From: an uncultured Elioraea sp.
Lineage (GTDB): Bacteria; Pseudomonadota; Alphaproteobacteria; Acetobacterales; Acetobacteraceae
Direction of reading: 5' to 3'
NCBI GenBank assembly: GCA_937995555.1
Contig: CALKJX010000082.1
Span: forward strand, 1 to 33,303
Length of the DNA stretch: 33,303 bases
The notes below the pieces were generated by a model. The model was not told the DNA's origin. It made no database searches and saw only the letters and a list, made by a program, of their open reading frames with translations. Shown here piece after piece: positions 12,665 to 21,571 of this stretch (positions are counted from its first letter, which is position 1; every line of letters starts with the position of its first letter). The position numbers were made by a program, and so were the translations under genes.

Positions 12665-12799
12665 GCGATGCAGTCATTGCGGGGGGCGGCGGGATGCCGC
12701 GCCCCGTCCCCGTGAGGCGGTTCCGCGCGGGGAGAAGGACACGCCGCACCGAGCGAGGTGCGGCCGACGGACCGCAGGACTAGGGCGAGAGGTTCACCC

Positions 12800-13816
12800 G
12801 TGCTGCAGAAGAATTGGCAGGCCCTGATCAAGCCGAGCAAGCTCGAGGTCGAGCCCGGGCATGACCCGCACCGGGTCGCGACCGTGGTGGCCGAGCCGCT
12901 GGAGCGTGGCTTCGGCATGACGCTCGGCAATGCGCTGCGGCGCGTGCTGCTGTCCTCGCTCCAGGGGGCTGCCGTGACGGCGGTGCAGATCGACGGCGTG
13001 CTCCACGAGTTCAGCTCGATCCCCGGCGTGCGCGAGGATGTCACCGACATCGTCCTGAACATCAAGCAGCTCGCGATCCGCATGCACTCCGACGGGCCGC
13101 GGCGCATGACGCTTTCGGCAACCGGCCCTGGCGAGGTGCGTGCTGGCCAGATCGAGGCCGGGCACGACATCGAGATCCTGAACCCCGAGCTCGTGCTGTG
13201 CACGCTCGACGATGGCGTGAAGCTCGGCATGGAGTTCACGGTCAACACCGGCAAGGGCTACGTGCCGGCGGCCGAGAACCGGGCCGAGGATGCGCCGATC
13301 GGGCTGATCCCGGTGGATGCGATCTACTCGCCGGTGCGGCGGGTCGCCTATCGCGTCGAGCCGACCCGCGTCGGCCAGGTGACGAACTACGACCGGCTGC
13401 TGCTGACGGTCGAGACCAACGGCACGATCGGGGCCGAGGATGCGGTGGCGCTGGCCGCGCGCATCCTGCAGGACCAGCTCCAGCTCTTCATCAACTTCGA
13501 GGAGCCGCGCCAGATCTCGGCCGAGGAGCATCGCGACGACCTTCCGTTCAACCGCAACCTGCTGCGCAAGGTGGACGAGTTGGAGCTGTCGGTTCGCTCC
13601 GCGAACTGCCTGAAGAACGACAACATCGTCTATATCGGCGATCTCGTTCAGAAGACCGAGCAGGAGATGCTGCGCACCCCCAATTTCGGGCGGAAGTCCC
13701 TGAACGAGATCAAGGAGGTGCTGGCGGCCATGGGGCTCTCGCTCGGCATGACGGTGCCGGGCTGGCCGCCGGAGAACATCGAGGATCTGGCGAAGAAGCT
13801 CGAGGAGCCCTATTGA
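12800..13816 (+). CDS. rpoA: RNA polymerase alpha subunit
   Basis: GTG start ([11 protein letters not shown]); [36 protein letters not shown]. Confidence 0.99.
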   Translation: MLQKNWQALIKPSKLEVEPGHDPHRVATVVAEPLERGFGMTLGNALRRVLLSSLQGAAVTAVQIDGVLHEFSSIPGVREDVTDIVLNIKQLAIRMHSDGPRRMTLSATGPGEVRAGQIEAGHDIEILNPELVLCTLDDGVKLGMEFTVNTGKGYVPAAENRAEDAPIGLIPVDAIYSPVRRVAYRVEPTRVGQVTNYDRLLLTVETNGTIGAEDAVALAARILQDQLQLFINFEEPRQISAEEHRDDLPFNRNLLRKVDELELSVRSANCLKNDNIVYIGDLVQKTEQEMLRTPNFGRKSLNEIKEVLAAMGLSLGMTVPGWPPENIEDLAKKLEEPY

Positions 13817-13846
13817 GGGCCGCCTGAAGGTAAGGGGTAGACGACC

Positions 13847-14284
13847 ATGCGCCACCGTGTCGGCGGCACCAAGCTCAGCGTCACCAGCACGCATCGCGCG
13901 GCGATGTTCCGCAATCTCGCGGTGGCGCTGATCAAGCACGAGCAGATCACCACCACCCTGCCGAAGGCGAAGGCGCTGAGGCCGGTGGCCGAGAAGCTGA
14001 TCACGCTCGGCAAGCGGGGCGGGCTGCATGCGCGCCGGCAGGCCTATGCGCAGCTGCGCGACGACGCGATCGTGGCGAAGCTGTTCGGCCCGCTGGCGGA
14101 GCGCTACCAGGCGCGCCCGGGCGGCTACTGCCGCGTGTTGAAGGCGGGGTTCCGCTACGGCGACATGGCGGCGATGGCGGTGATCGAACTCGTCGAGCGC
14201 GACCGCGACGCGAAGGGCCAGGACAGCGGTCCGAAGCCCGAGCCGAAGGTCGAGGATGAGGCCGAGGAGCAGCAGCCGGCCTGA
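13847..14284 (+). CDS. rplQ: 50S ribosomal protein L17
   Basis: [29 protein letters not shown]. Confidence 0.99.
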   Translation: MRHRVGGTKLSVTSTHRAAMFRNLAVALIKHEQITTTLPKAKALRPVAEKLITLGKRGGLHARRQAYAQLRDDAIVAKLFGPLAERYQARPGGYCRVLKAGFRYGDMAAMAVIELVERDRDAKGQDSGPKPEPKVEDEAEEQQPA

Positions 14285-14305
14285 ACGACCGTCCAGGGGG
14301 GATGC

Positions 14306-14340
14306 GCGAAGGGGGCCTTGCGGCCCCCTTCGCTTTCTTC
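14306..14340 (+). terminator. Rho-independent terminator after rplQ
   Basis: Perfect 12-bp stem GCGAAGGGGGCC / GGCCCCCTTCGC with a TTGC loop, followed by TTTCTTC. Confidence 0.85.
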
Positions 14341-14360
14341 CCTCAGGCGCTGTTTTTCCC

Positions 14361-15332
14361 TCAGGTCGGCGTGATCCCCGCCGCCTTCACCGCCGGCGCC
14401 CAGCGTTCCTTGTCGCTGGCGATCAGTGCGGCGAAGCGTGCGGCATCGCCGGTCCAGACCTGCCCGCCCATGCGGGTGATCTGTGCCGCGACCTCCGCGC
14501 TCTCGGTGATCGCGACGATCTCGCGCGAGAGCCGGTCGCGCATCGCCGCGGGGATGCCGGCGGGCGCGATCACGCCGAACCAGATCATCATCTCGAAGCC
14601 GGGCACGCCCGCCTCCTCCATCGTCGGCACATCGGGCAGCGCGGGGTGGCGTTCGCGCGCCGAGACCGCGAGCGGTTTCGCCTTGCCGGCCTGGATGTGC
14701 GGCACCATCGTGCCGATACCCTCGAAGATGATCGGCACCTCGCCGGCGAGGAAGGCGGTCATCACCGGCGCCGAGCCCCGGTACGGGATCGCGACGATGT
14801 CGGTGCCCGTCTGGAGCTTGAACGTCTCGAACATCAGGTGCACGGAGCTCCCGACACCGGGCATGCCGTAATTGAGCTGGCCGGGCCTCGACTTCGCGAG
14901 CGCGATCAGCTCCCGCACCGAGTTGACGCCGAGATCGGGGCTGACCGTCAGCACGGTCATGATGCGCGCGCAGAGCGCGATCGGTGTAAGGTCCTTCAGC
15001 GGATCGCCGAGGTTCGGATAGACGGTGGGGTTCACCGCCAGCGTGGCGGTGTTGCCGATGCCCAGTGTGCGGCCGTCGGGGCGGGCCTGCATCACCTCCC
15101 GGGTGCCGATCGAGCCGCCGGCGCCGGGTTTGTTGTCGACCACGCAGGAATGACCGATCACCGGGGCGAGGCGTTCCGCGATCAGGCGGGCGAAGGCATC
15201 GTTGAACGCGCCGGGCGGGGCGGGGACGACGATGCGCGTCGGGCCGTCCGGCAGGTCCGCCGCGCGCGCGCCTCGCGCGAGCGCCACGCCGCCGATCGTG
15301 CCTGCGAGCACGCTGCGCCTGCCGATCCTCAT
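14361..15332 (-). CDS. Bug/TctC-family tripartite tricarboxylate transporter substrate-binding protein
   Basis: Start MRIGRRSVLAG (Tat-like) after GAGGAGGG; PPGAFND, VVDNKPGAGGSIG, PDGRTL, IPYRGSAP, LPDVPT. Confidence 0.92.
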   Translation of the reverse strand: MRIGRRSVLAGTIGGVALARGARAADLPDGPTRIVVPAPPGAFNDAFARLIAERLAPVIGHSCVVDNKPGAGGSIGTREVMQARPDGRTLGIGNTATLAVNPTVYPNLGDPLKDLTPIALCARIMTVLTVSPDLGVNSVRELIALAKSRPGQLNYGMPGVGSSVHLMFETFKLQTGTDIVAIPYRGSAPVMTAFLAGEVPIIFEGIGTMVPHIQAGKAKPLAVSARERHPALPDVPTMEEAGVPGFEMMIWFGVIAPAGIPAAMRDRLSREIVAITESAEVAAQITRMGGQVWTGDAARFAALIASDKERWAPAVKAAGITPT

Positions 15333-15385
15333 CGTTCCCTCCTCAGTGTTGACGTCGCGCATGGGACGACCGGCCCCGCCGGCGG

Positions 15386-16558
15386 TCAAGGCCGCATCGC
15401 GGCGATGCCGTCGAGGTCGACGCCGAGCCCGAAGCCCGGCGCATCGGAGGGCACGAGCCGGCCGTGCACCGGCACGGCCATGCCCGGGAACAGCCGCGTC
15501 TCGGCGAGCGGCACGCCGGGCGGCGTGCCGATGAACATCTCGCCCATCGGCGACCCAGGGGCGGCGTAGCCGAAATGCTGGCCGTAGGGCGTGTTCATCC
15601 CCGCATGCGGAATGACCGCGATGCCCGCCGCATCCGCGATCGCGGCGATGCGGAGACACGCGGTCAGACCGCCGACCCAGGCGATGTCGGGTTGCAGCAC
15701 GTCGGCGAGCCGGCGCGATGCCGCGTGCAGGAACGGCTGCGGCATGTACCAGTGCTCGCCGGTGGCGTAGCCCATCCAGGGCAGGCGCCTTCGCAGCGCC
15801 TCGTGCCCGTCGAGGTCCTCGGGTGTGAGGCAGTCCTCGATCCAGCGCACACCGTAGGGGCGCAGCCGTTCCGCCAGCCGCACGGTATAGTCGAGGTCGA
15901 ACGCCATCCAGCAGTCGAGCATCAGCTCGACCTGGCGCCCGACCAGATCGCGCGTGCGCGCGACCAGCGCCTCGTTGGCCTCAAGCCCGGCCAGGCGGTC
16001 GGCGGGCCCGTGCGGACAGGCGAGCTTGGTCGCGCGGAAACCGAGCTCCATGTGCCAGTCGGTGTCGTTGCCGGTGGCGTAGCAGTCGATGTGCGGGCGC
16101 GATGGTCCGCCGATCAGGCTCCAGACCGGCGCGTTCAGCAGCTTGCCCTTGAGATCCCACAACGCGAGGTCGATCGCGCTGATCGCGTAGGCGGCGAGGC
16201 CGGCAGGCGAGTAGGGCGACGCCATGCGCGTCATCATGTCCCAGCACCGCTCGGTCGCGAGGGCGGGCTCGCCGACGAGCAGCGGGCCGAGATGGCCGTT
16301 GATGATCGCGATCACGGGATCGGCGTAGCGGCTGATGCCGAAGCCCCAGCTGCCGTCGCACGCCGTGACCAGACAGCCGACGCCCGGCCAGGTTGGTCGC
16401 CAGGCCGCGCGCAGCCGCTTGTAGCGCGGATGGCGCGACATCGGCCCGGCCACTTCCGCGTCCGCCGTCCAGGGCGGGCGGCGCGGCGCGGTGGTGCCAG
16501 GGCCGCCGACTAGGTCGGAGCGGATGGCGAAAGCCTCGACGCGCTCGATCGTCACCAC
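15386..16558 (-). CDS. Enolase-superfamily (mandelate racemase subgroup) acid-sugar dehydratase, L-rhamnonate dehydratase (RhmD)-like
   Basis: SAIDLALWDL, YATG, LMLDCWM, WIEDCL, TGEH, QPDIAWVGG, IPH, PGFG match RhmD-type motifs. Confidence 0.88.
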   Translation of the reverse strand: MVTIERVEAFAIRSDLVGGPGTTAPRRPPWTADAEVAGPMSRHPRYKRLRAAWRPTWPGVGCLVTACDGSWGFGISRYADPVIAIINGHLGPLLVGEPALATERCWDMMTRMASPYSPAGLAAYAISAIDLALWDLKGKLLNAPVWSLIGGPSRPHIDCYATGNDTDWHMELGFRATKLACPHGPADRLAGLEANEALVARTRDLVGRQVELMLDCWMAFDLDYTVRLAERLRPYGVRWIEDCLTPEDLDGHEALRRRLPWMGYATGEHWYMPQPFLHAASRRLADVLQPDIAWVGGLTACLRIAAIADAAGIAVIPHAGMNTPYGQHFGYAAPGSPMGEMFIGTPPGVPLAETRLFPGMAVPVHGRLVPSDAPGFGLGVDLDGIAAMRP

Positions 16559-16633
16559 CGCCGTCCTGTCGCTCCTCCTCGCTGCCGCGGGGAGGAGCTA
16601 ACCGCAGGTGGCGCGCGTGCGCAAACCGCGCGA

Positions 16634-17599
16634 TCAGTCGATGCTGATCCTTGCCTCGGCGACCAGGCGCGCCATGCGTTCGCGCCCCTCGCCGACGAAG
16701 CGGGCGAACTCGGCGCGCGGGCTGCCGACGGCGAGCGCGCCGAGCCTCTCGATCCGGCTCTTCACCGCATCCTGCGCGAGCGCGTGCAGCGCGGCGGCGT
16801 GCAGCCGGTCGAGCGCCGCTTCGGGCGTGCCGGCGGGCGCATAGAGGCCGTTCCACTCGTTCAACGTGTAACCCGGATATCCGCTCTCGGCGATGGTCGG
16901 CACCTCGGGCAGCGCGGGGATGCGCGCGGTGTGCGTGGTGCCGAGCGCGCGCAGCCGGCCGGCCTGGATGTGGCCGAGGGCGGATGCGACGGTCGCCATG
17001 TGCCAGTGGATGTTGCCGGCGAGCAGGTCCTGCACCGCCGGGCCGCCGCCGCGATAGGGCACGTGCACGAGCTCGAACCCGGCGGCCTGCGCGAACAGCG
17101 CGCCGGCGAGATGCGACGAGGTGGCGTTGCCGGAACTGCCGAAGCTGAGCCCGCCCTGGCGTGTCTTCGCCTCCCGCACGAACTCGGCGAGCGTGCGCGC
17201 GGGGAACCCGGCATTCACGACCAGCAGCTGCGGCCAGACCGTCACCTGGGTGATCGGCGCGAAGGCGGTGGCGTAGTCGAACGGCAGGCCGCGCAGGATC
17301 GCCGGGTTGACCACATGCGCGCCGGCATCGAGCAGGATCGTGTGGCCGTCCGCGGGGGCCTGCGCGACCACGCCGGCGCCGATCGAGCCGCCCGCGCCGC
17401 CGCGGTTCTCGACCACCACGGGCTGGCCGAGCATCGCGCCCATCGGCTCGGCGATCAGCCGCGCGGCGGTGTCGGCGCCGCCGCCGGGCGGGTAGGGCAC
17501 GACCATGCGCACGGGCCGGGCGGGGAAGCCCTGGGCGCGTGCGATCGCCGGTGCGGCCAGCAGGCCAGCGAGCGTGGCGCGGCGGGTGAGGTCGGGCAT
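16634..17599 (-). CDS. Bug/TctC-family substrate-binding protein
   Basis: MPDLTRRATLAG Tat-like signal after GGGAGGA; FPARPVRMVVPYPPGGGAD, VENRGGAGGSIG, HVPYRGGGPA. Confidence 0.93.
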   Translation of the reverse strand: MPDLTRRATLAGLLAAPAIARAQGFPARPVRMVVPYPPGGGADTAARLIAEPMGAMLGQPVVVENRGGAGGSIGAGVVAQAPADGHTILLDAGAHVVNPAILRGLPFDYATAFAPITQVTVWPQLLVVNAGFPARTLAEFVREAKTRQGGLSFGSSGNATSSHLAGALFAQAAGFELVHVPYRGGGPAVQDLLAGNIHWHMATVASALGHIQAGRLRALGTTHTARIPALPEVPTIAESGYPGYTLNEWNGLYAPAGTPEAALDRLHAAALHALAQDAVKSRIERLGALAVGSPRAEFARFVGEGRERMARLVAEARISID

Positions 17600-17647
17600 G
17601 GTGGTCCTCCCGGGATCCGTGGTTTGGTGCATCATGCATGGCCCGCA

Positions 17648-17665
17648 CAGTCCTGCAAAGGACTG
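17648..17665. promoter_or_regulatory. Inverted repeat, candidate GntR operator in the divergent promoter region
   Basis: CAGTCCT-GCAA-AGGACTG between the divergent bug and gntR starts. Confidence 0.5.
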
Positions 17666-17676
17666 AATGAGTGGTC

Positions 17677-17705
17677 TTGCGGGAGGGCGACCCTGACCGC
17701 ACAGT
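17677..17705 (+). promoter_or_regulatory. Candidate sigma70 promoter for gntR
   Basis: TTGCGG-17 bp-CACAGT ending 8 bp before ATG 17714; no SD. Confidence 0.4.
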
Positions 17706-17713
17706 GTCGCGCC

Positions 17714-18457
17714 ATGCCCGCGCCGGCCCGCATCGCCCCCGATCCCCGCCTGCCGTTGCACGCGCGGCTGCGCGACGACCTCGCGCGCCGCCTCGCCGCC
17801 GGGGAGTGGCCGGCCGACACGGCGCTGCCGTCGGAGGCCGCGCTCGCCGCGAGCTACGGCGTGGCGGTGAACACGCTGCGCCGCGCCTTCGAGCAGCTCG
17901 CGCGCGAGGGGCTGGTGGAGCGTCGGCAGGGCCGCGGCACCTTCGTCCGCCGCCCGGCGCTGCGCGGCTCGATGCTGCGCTTCTTCCGCCAGGCCGAGCG
18001 CGAGGGCGGGGCGGAGATCCTGCCGGAGAGCCGCATCCTGCGCCGCGCGGTCGCGCCGCTGCCGGAATGGGCGGCGCACGGCCTTGGTGTCGCGGCGGGT
18101 CTGCGCGGACTGCGGCTCGAGCGCGTGCGGAGCTGGGCCGGCGCACCGCTGCTGGTCGAGGAGATCTGGCTGCGGCTGCCGGATTTCGCCCGGTTGGCGA
18201 AACGATCGCCCGAGTCGTTCGGGGCGCTGCTCTATCCGCTCTACGAGAGCGAGTGCGCGCGCGTGGTCGCGCGGGTGGAGGACGAGATCACCGTCGGACG
18301 CGCCGATGCCGCGCTCGCGGCCGCGCTCGGCATCGCCGCGGGCGAGCCGGTGGTGGAGATCGGCCGCGTCGCGTTCACTGCCGATGGCGTGGCAATCGAG
18401 GCGCGCCGCGCCTGGGGCCGTGCCGACCGGTTCCGTTACCGCGCGACCGCGACATGA
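17714..18457 (+). CDS. GntR-family regulator, HutC subfamily (wHTH + UTRA)
   Basis: LPSEAALAASYGVAVNTLRRA...LVERRQGRGTFV, then a UTRA-like C-terminus (RLERVR, PLLVEEIWL, LLYPLYE). Confidence 0.93.
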   Translation: MPAPARIAPDPRLPLHARLRDDLARRLAAGEWPADTALPSEAALAASYGVAVNTLRRAFEQLAREGLVERRQGRGTFVRRPALRGSMLRFFRQAEREGGAEILPESRILRRAVAPLPEWAAHGLGVAAGLRGLRLERVRSWAGAPLLVEEIWLRLPDFARLAKRSPESFGALLYPLYESECARVVARVEDEITVGRADAALAAALGIAAGEPVVEIGRVAFTADGVAIEARRAWGRADRFRYRATAT

Positions 18458-19188
18458 TGTTCGACGCGCATTTCCACGTGTTCGACCCGGCCCATCCGCT
18501 GGTCGCGAACCAGGGCTACGTGCCGGATAACTTCACCGCGGCGCAGTACCGCGCGCGGGTCGCGCCGCTCGGCGTGGTCGGCGGTGCGGTGGTGGCCGCC
18601 TCGCCGCAGGGGGTTGACCCGGCGCCGCTGCTCGAAGCCGCGCGCGCACTGGGGCCGCGTTTCGTCGTCGTGGCAGCGGCCGATCCGGCGCGCGATGACT
18701 CGGCGCTCGCCGCGCTCGCAGCGGCCGGCGTGCGCGGCGTGCGCTTCAACCTCTACCGTGACGCCGCCTGGACGATCGCGACGATGCTGGAGCACGCGCG
18801 CCGAGCCGGCGAGCACGGGCTGCACGCCGAGATCTACACCGATGCCGCCGCGCTCGCGCCGCATGCCGCGGCACTCGCCCGGCTGCGGATCGTGATCGAC
18901 CATCTCGGCATGACCGAGGCGGGGCTGCCGGTCACCTGCGATCTCGCGCGCGCCGGCGCCAAGGTGAAGGCGACCGGGTTCGGCCGCGTCCGGCTCGATC
19001 CGGCGGCCGCGCTGGCGGCGATCGCCAAGGCCGCCCCGGATGCGCTGATGGCGGCGACCGATCTGCCCTCGATGCGCGCCGACCGGCCCTTCGCGGATGC
19101 CGATATCGCGCTGATCGAGACCGTGCTCGGCCCCGCTCTGGCGCGGGCGGCGCTGCACGACACCGCGGCCGCGTTCTATCGCGCCTGA
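18454..19188 (+). CDS. Amidohydrolase_2 family (LigI/COG3618-like lactonase)
   Basis: FDAHFH, GVRGVRFN, IVIDHLG, VKATGFGR, ATDLPS; ATGA overlap with gntR. Confidence 0.88.
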   Translation: MMFDAHFHVFDPAHPLVANQGYVPDNFTAAQYRARVAPLGVVGGAVVAASPQGVDPAPLLEAARALGPRFVVVAAADPARDDSALAALAAAGVRGVRFNLYRDAAWTIATMLEHARRAGEHGLHAEIYTDAAALAPHAAALARLRIVIDHLGMTEAGLPVTCDLARAGAKVKATGFGRVRLDPAAALAAIAKAAPDALMAATDLPSMRADRPFADADIALIETVLGPALARAALHDTAAAFYRA

Positions 19189-19194
19189 GCGGCC

Positions 19195-19223
19195 TTGCGG
19201 GCCGGCCGCGCGCGGCCTAGCGT
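19195..19223 (+). promoter_or_regulatory. Candidate sigma70 promoter for the SDR gene
   Basis: TTGCGG-17 bp-TAGCGT, then a GGAGGAG SD before ATG 19253. Confidence 0.55.
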
Positions 19224-19252
19224 CCGCGTCGCAGCGAACGGAGGAGAGCGCG

Positions 19253-20005
19253 ATGCGGCATCAGGGCAAGGTGGCGGTGGTGACGGGCGCGGCCTCGGGC
19301 TTCGGCGAGGGCATCGCGCGCGCCTACGCGGCGGAGGGCTGCAAGGTTGTGGTGGCCGACCTGAACCTGGCGGGCGCCCAGCGCGTGGCGGGCGAGCTCG
19401 GCAATCTCGCGGTCGCGATCGGCGGTGACGTCTCGAAGGGCCCCGACTGCCAGGCGATGGTGGACTGCGCGCTCGACGCCTTCGGCAGCCTCGACATCGT
19501 CGTCAACAACGCCGGCACCACGCACCGGAACAAGCCGCTCCTCGATGTGACGGAGGCGGAGTTCGACCGCGTCTATGCGGTGAACGTGAAGTCGATCTAC
19601 TGGATGACGCAGGCGGCGGTGCCGGCGCTGCGCAGGCAGGGGCGCGGCGGCTCGATCATCAACATCTCGTCCACTGCCGGCATCCGCCCGCGCCCGGGCC
19701 TCACCTGGTACAACGGCACCAAGGGCGCTGTGAACACGATCACCCAGGCGATGGCGCAGGAGCTCGCCAAGGACAACATCCGCGTCAACGCGATCTGTCC
19801 GGTGATGGGAGCGACCGCGCTGCTCACCGAGTTCATGGGCATGGAGGACACGCCCGAGAACCGCGCCAGATTCGTCGCGACTATCCCGCTCGGGCGGATG
19901 AGTGAGCCCTCCGACATCGCCAATGCCGCGGTGTGGCTCGCCGACCCGGCCTCGAGCTTCATCACGGGCATTCTGCTTCCCGTGGATGGCGGCCGGACGG
20001 CATAG
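19253..20005 (+). CDS. Classical short-chain dehydrogenase/reductase (FabG-like)
   Basis: TGAASGFGEG, VVNNAG, NISS, catalytic YNGTK, PVDGG. Confidence 0.95.
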   Translation: MRHQGKVAVVTGAASGFGEGIARAYAAEGCKVVVADLNLAGAQRVAGELGNLAVAIGGDVSKGPDCQAMVDCALDAFGSLDIVVNNAGTTHRNKPLLDVTEAEFDRVYAVNVKSIYWMTQAAVPALRRQGRGGSIINISSTAGIRPRPGLTWYNGTKGAVNTITQAMAQELAKDNIRVNAICPVMGATALLTEFMGMEDTPENRARFVATIPLGRMSEPSDIANAAVWLADPASSFITGILLPVDGGRTA

Positions 20006-20012
20006 CGGGCGA

Positions 20013-21485
20013 TCATCGCTGGCACTGCGGCAGCGCGGGGATCAGTCGGCAGATCGCCGTGTAGGGGTCTTCGGCCTCGCGATCCCGGGTGACGCCGAGC
20101 ACGACGGTGCCGCGCCGCCAGATGGGCCAGGTCGGAAGATAGGCGGGCGCGGGGATCTCGGGGGGCGGCTGAACCTCGGCGAGGCGGACGATAAGGGCGC
20201 AGTGATCGCTGAACGCTCCGGGACTGAACGGGCCGCAATCCGTCGCACCGGCCGGCAGCAGCACGTGGCCGCGCGGGTCGGCGATCAGACTGCGCGCGGG
20301 GGCGAGCGCGGGCGAGGCGGCAAGCGAGAGCTGCATGGCGTCCAGGCCCGGCGCGAAGATCTCGGTGGCGAGCGGCGGCCAGCCGGTGCGCGCGAGATCG
20401 TTGAAGTCGCCGCCCACGATCGCCGGTACGGCCACGCGCTGCATGCGGAACGGCGGTGACTGCACCGCGAGGACGAAGTCGGCGATCTGCGACCCCTCGG
20501 CCGTCGCGGCGCCGGCGCGCGGATGCACGACGAAGACGTCGAAGCTCGCGCGCAGATCGTGGCGGAAGCTGAAGCGGCCTGCCGAGGCGCGCAGCGCGCC
20601 GAAGGTCGTCCATGCTGGCCCCGAGGGCGTGGGGCGTCCGCACTTGTCCATCTGCGGCGGACCATCGACCAGGGACTCGATCGGCGTGAGGGACGAGCCG
20701 CGGCCGCAGACCGGCAGGCTTCGGCGGACATGGAGGCCCTGCACGGCCGCGTCGTGCGGCTGCGCGATGAACAGCGCGAGGTCCTCGGGCGTCCGGTTGG
20801 CGAGGCGAGCGGGGTTGTAGAGGACCGCCTGCGACCAGAAGACGGAGCACTGGCTGAACCAGCCGTAGCGCGTCCAGGCGCCGACGTGGAAGGCGATGCG
20901 CCAGGTGATGCCGAACCGGTCCCTGAGCCGCGCGAGCAGGTGATCGAGCTGATCGTAGTCGCCCGCGCCGCCGCAATTCGCCCATCCGGCCACCTCGGTG
21001 AGCAGGATCAGGTCAGGCGCCGGTCCCGCGTCGGCGATCGCGTTGGCGAGCCGGCGCATCCGTTCCTGGAAGCTGATGGTCGGTGGGATCAGCCCGCCCC
21101 CGACCTCCATCGGCGAGGCGCCGCGGAGATTCGCCACGACCACCGTCATGTCTCCGACCGCGCCCTTCGCACCGGAGACATAGCCCGGCGCGTCCGAGGG
21201 CGTGGTCGGACCGTTCTTCAGCCAACACATTCCCGCGCCGCGCGGCGCGTTGGGCAGCGCGTAGGTGTAGGCCCGGCACTGCGGATCGCTTGCGCAGGCC
21301 TCGTGGCATTGCGCGTCGCTCGGCAGCGCGAGCGCACGGAAGTCGGCGCCGAAGCGATCGGTGGCGAGTTCGCGGTTCAGCCGCTGGTCCTGCGCCTCGG
21401 CCACGCCACAAAGGCCGGCCAGCATCGTCACGCAGGCAGTCAGCCCAGCCCGCCGCAGCGCCGCTGCGAGTCCCCGTGGGCGCAT
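20013..21485 (-). CDS. Secreted protein: signal peptide + PAN/Apple domain + endonuclease/exonuclease/phosphatase (EEP, DNase I-like) domain, 490 aa
   Basis: ATG 21485 after GGAGGA; signal ending AEA-Q; PAN pattern DRFGADF..C60xxxC64xxxxxC70RAYTY..C87WLK..VSG; EEP motifs VVANL, PDLILLTEV, VVHP, GGDFN, GLD, SDH. This is the C-terminal part of track ORF 20013..23084. Confidence 0.85.
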   Translation of the reverse strand: MRPRGLAAALRRAGLTACVTMLAGLCGVAEAQDQRLNRELATDRFGADFRALALPSDAQCHEACASDPQCRAYTYALPNAPRGAGMCWLKNGPTTPSDAPGYVSGAKGAVGDMTVVVANLRGASPMEVGGGLIPPTISFQERMRRLANAIADAGPAPDLILLTEVAGWANCGGAGDYDQLDHLLARLRDRFGITWRIAFHVGAWTRYGWFSQCSVFWSQAVLYNPARLANRTPEDLALFIAQPHDAAVQGLHVRRSLPVCGRGSSLTPIESLVDGPPQMDKCGRPTPSGPAWTTFGALRASAGRFSFRHDLRASFDVFVVHPRAGAATAEGSQIADFVLAVQSPPFRMQRVAVPAIVGGDFNDLARTGWPPLATEIFAPGLDAMQLSLAASPALAPARSLIADPRGHVLLPAGATDCGPFSPGAFSDHCALIVRLAEVQPPPEIPAPAYLPTWPIWRRGTVVLGVTRDREAEDPYTAICRLIPALPQCQR

Positions 21486-21571
21486 CGTCCTGTCCTCCGC
21501 CGACTGGACACCTCGCGATCCCGGTCCCTTCGGAACGGTAGCGTTGCGTCCATGCCGACGGAAGTGCGCGG

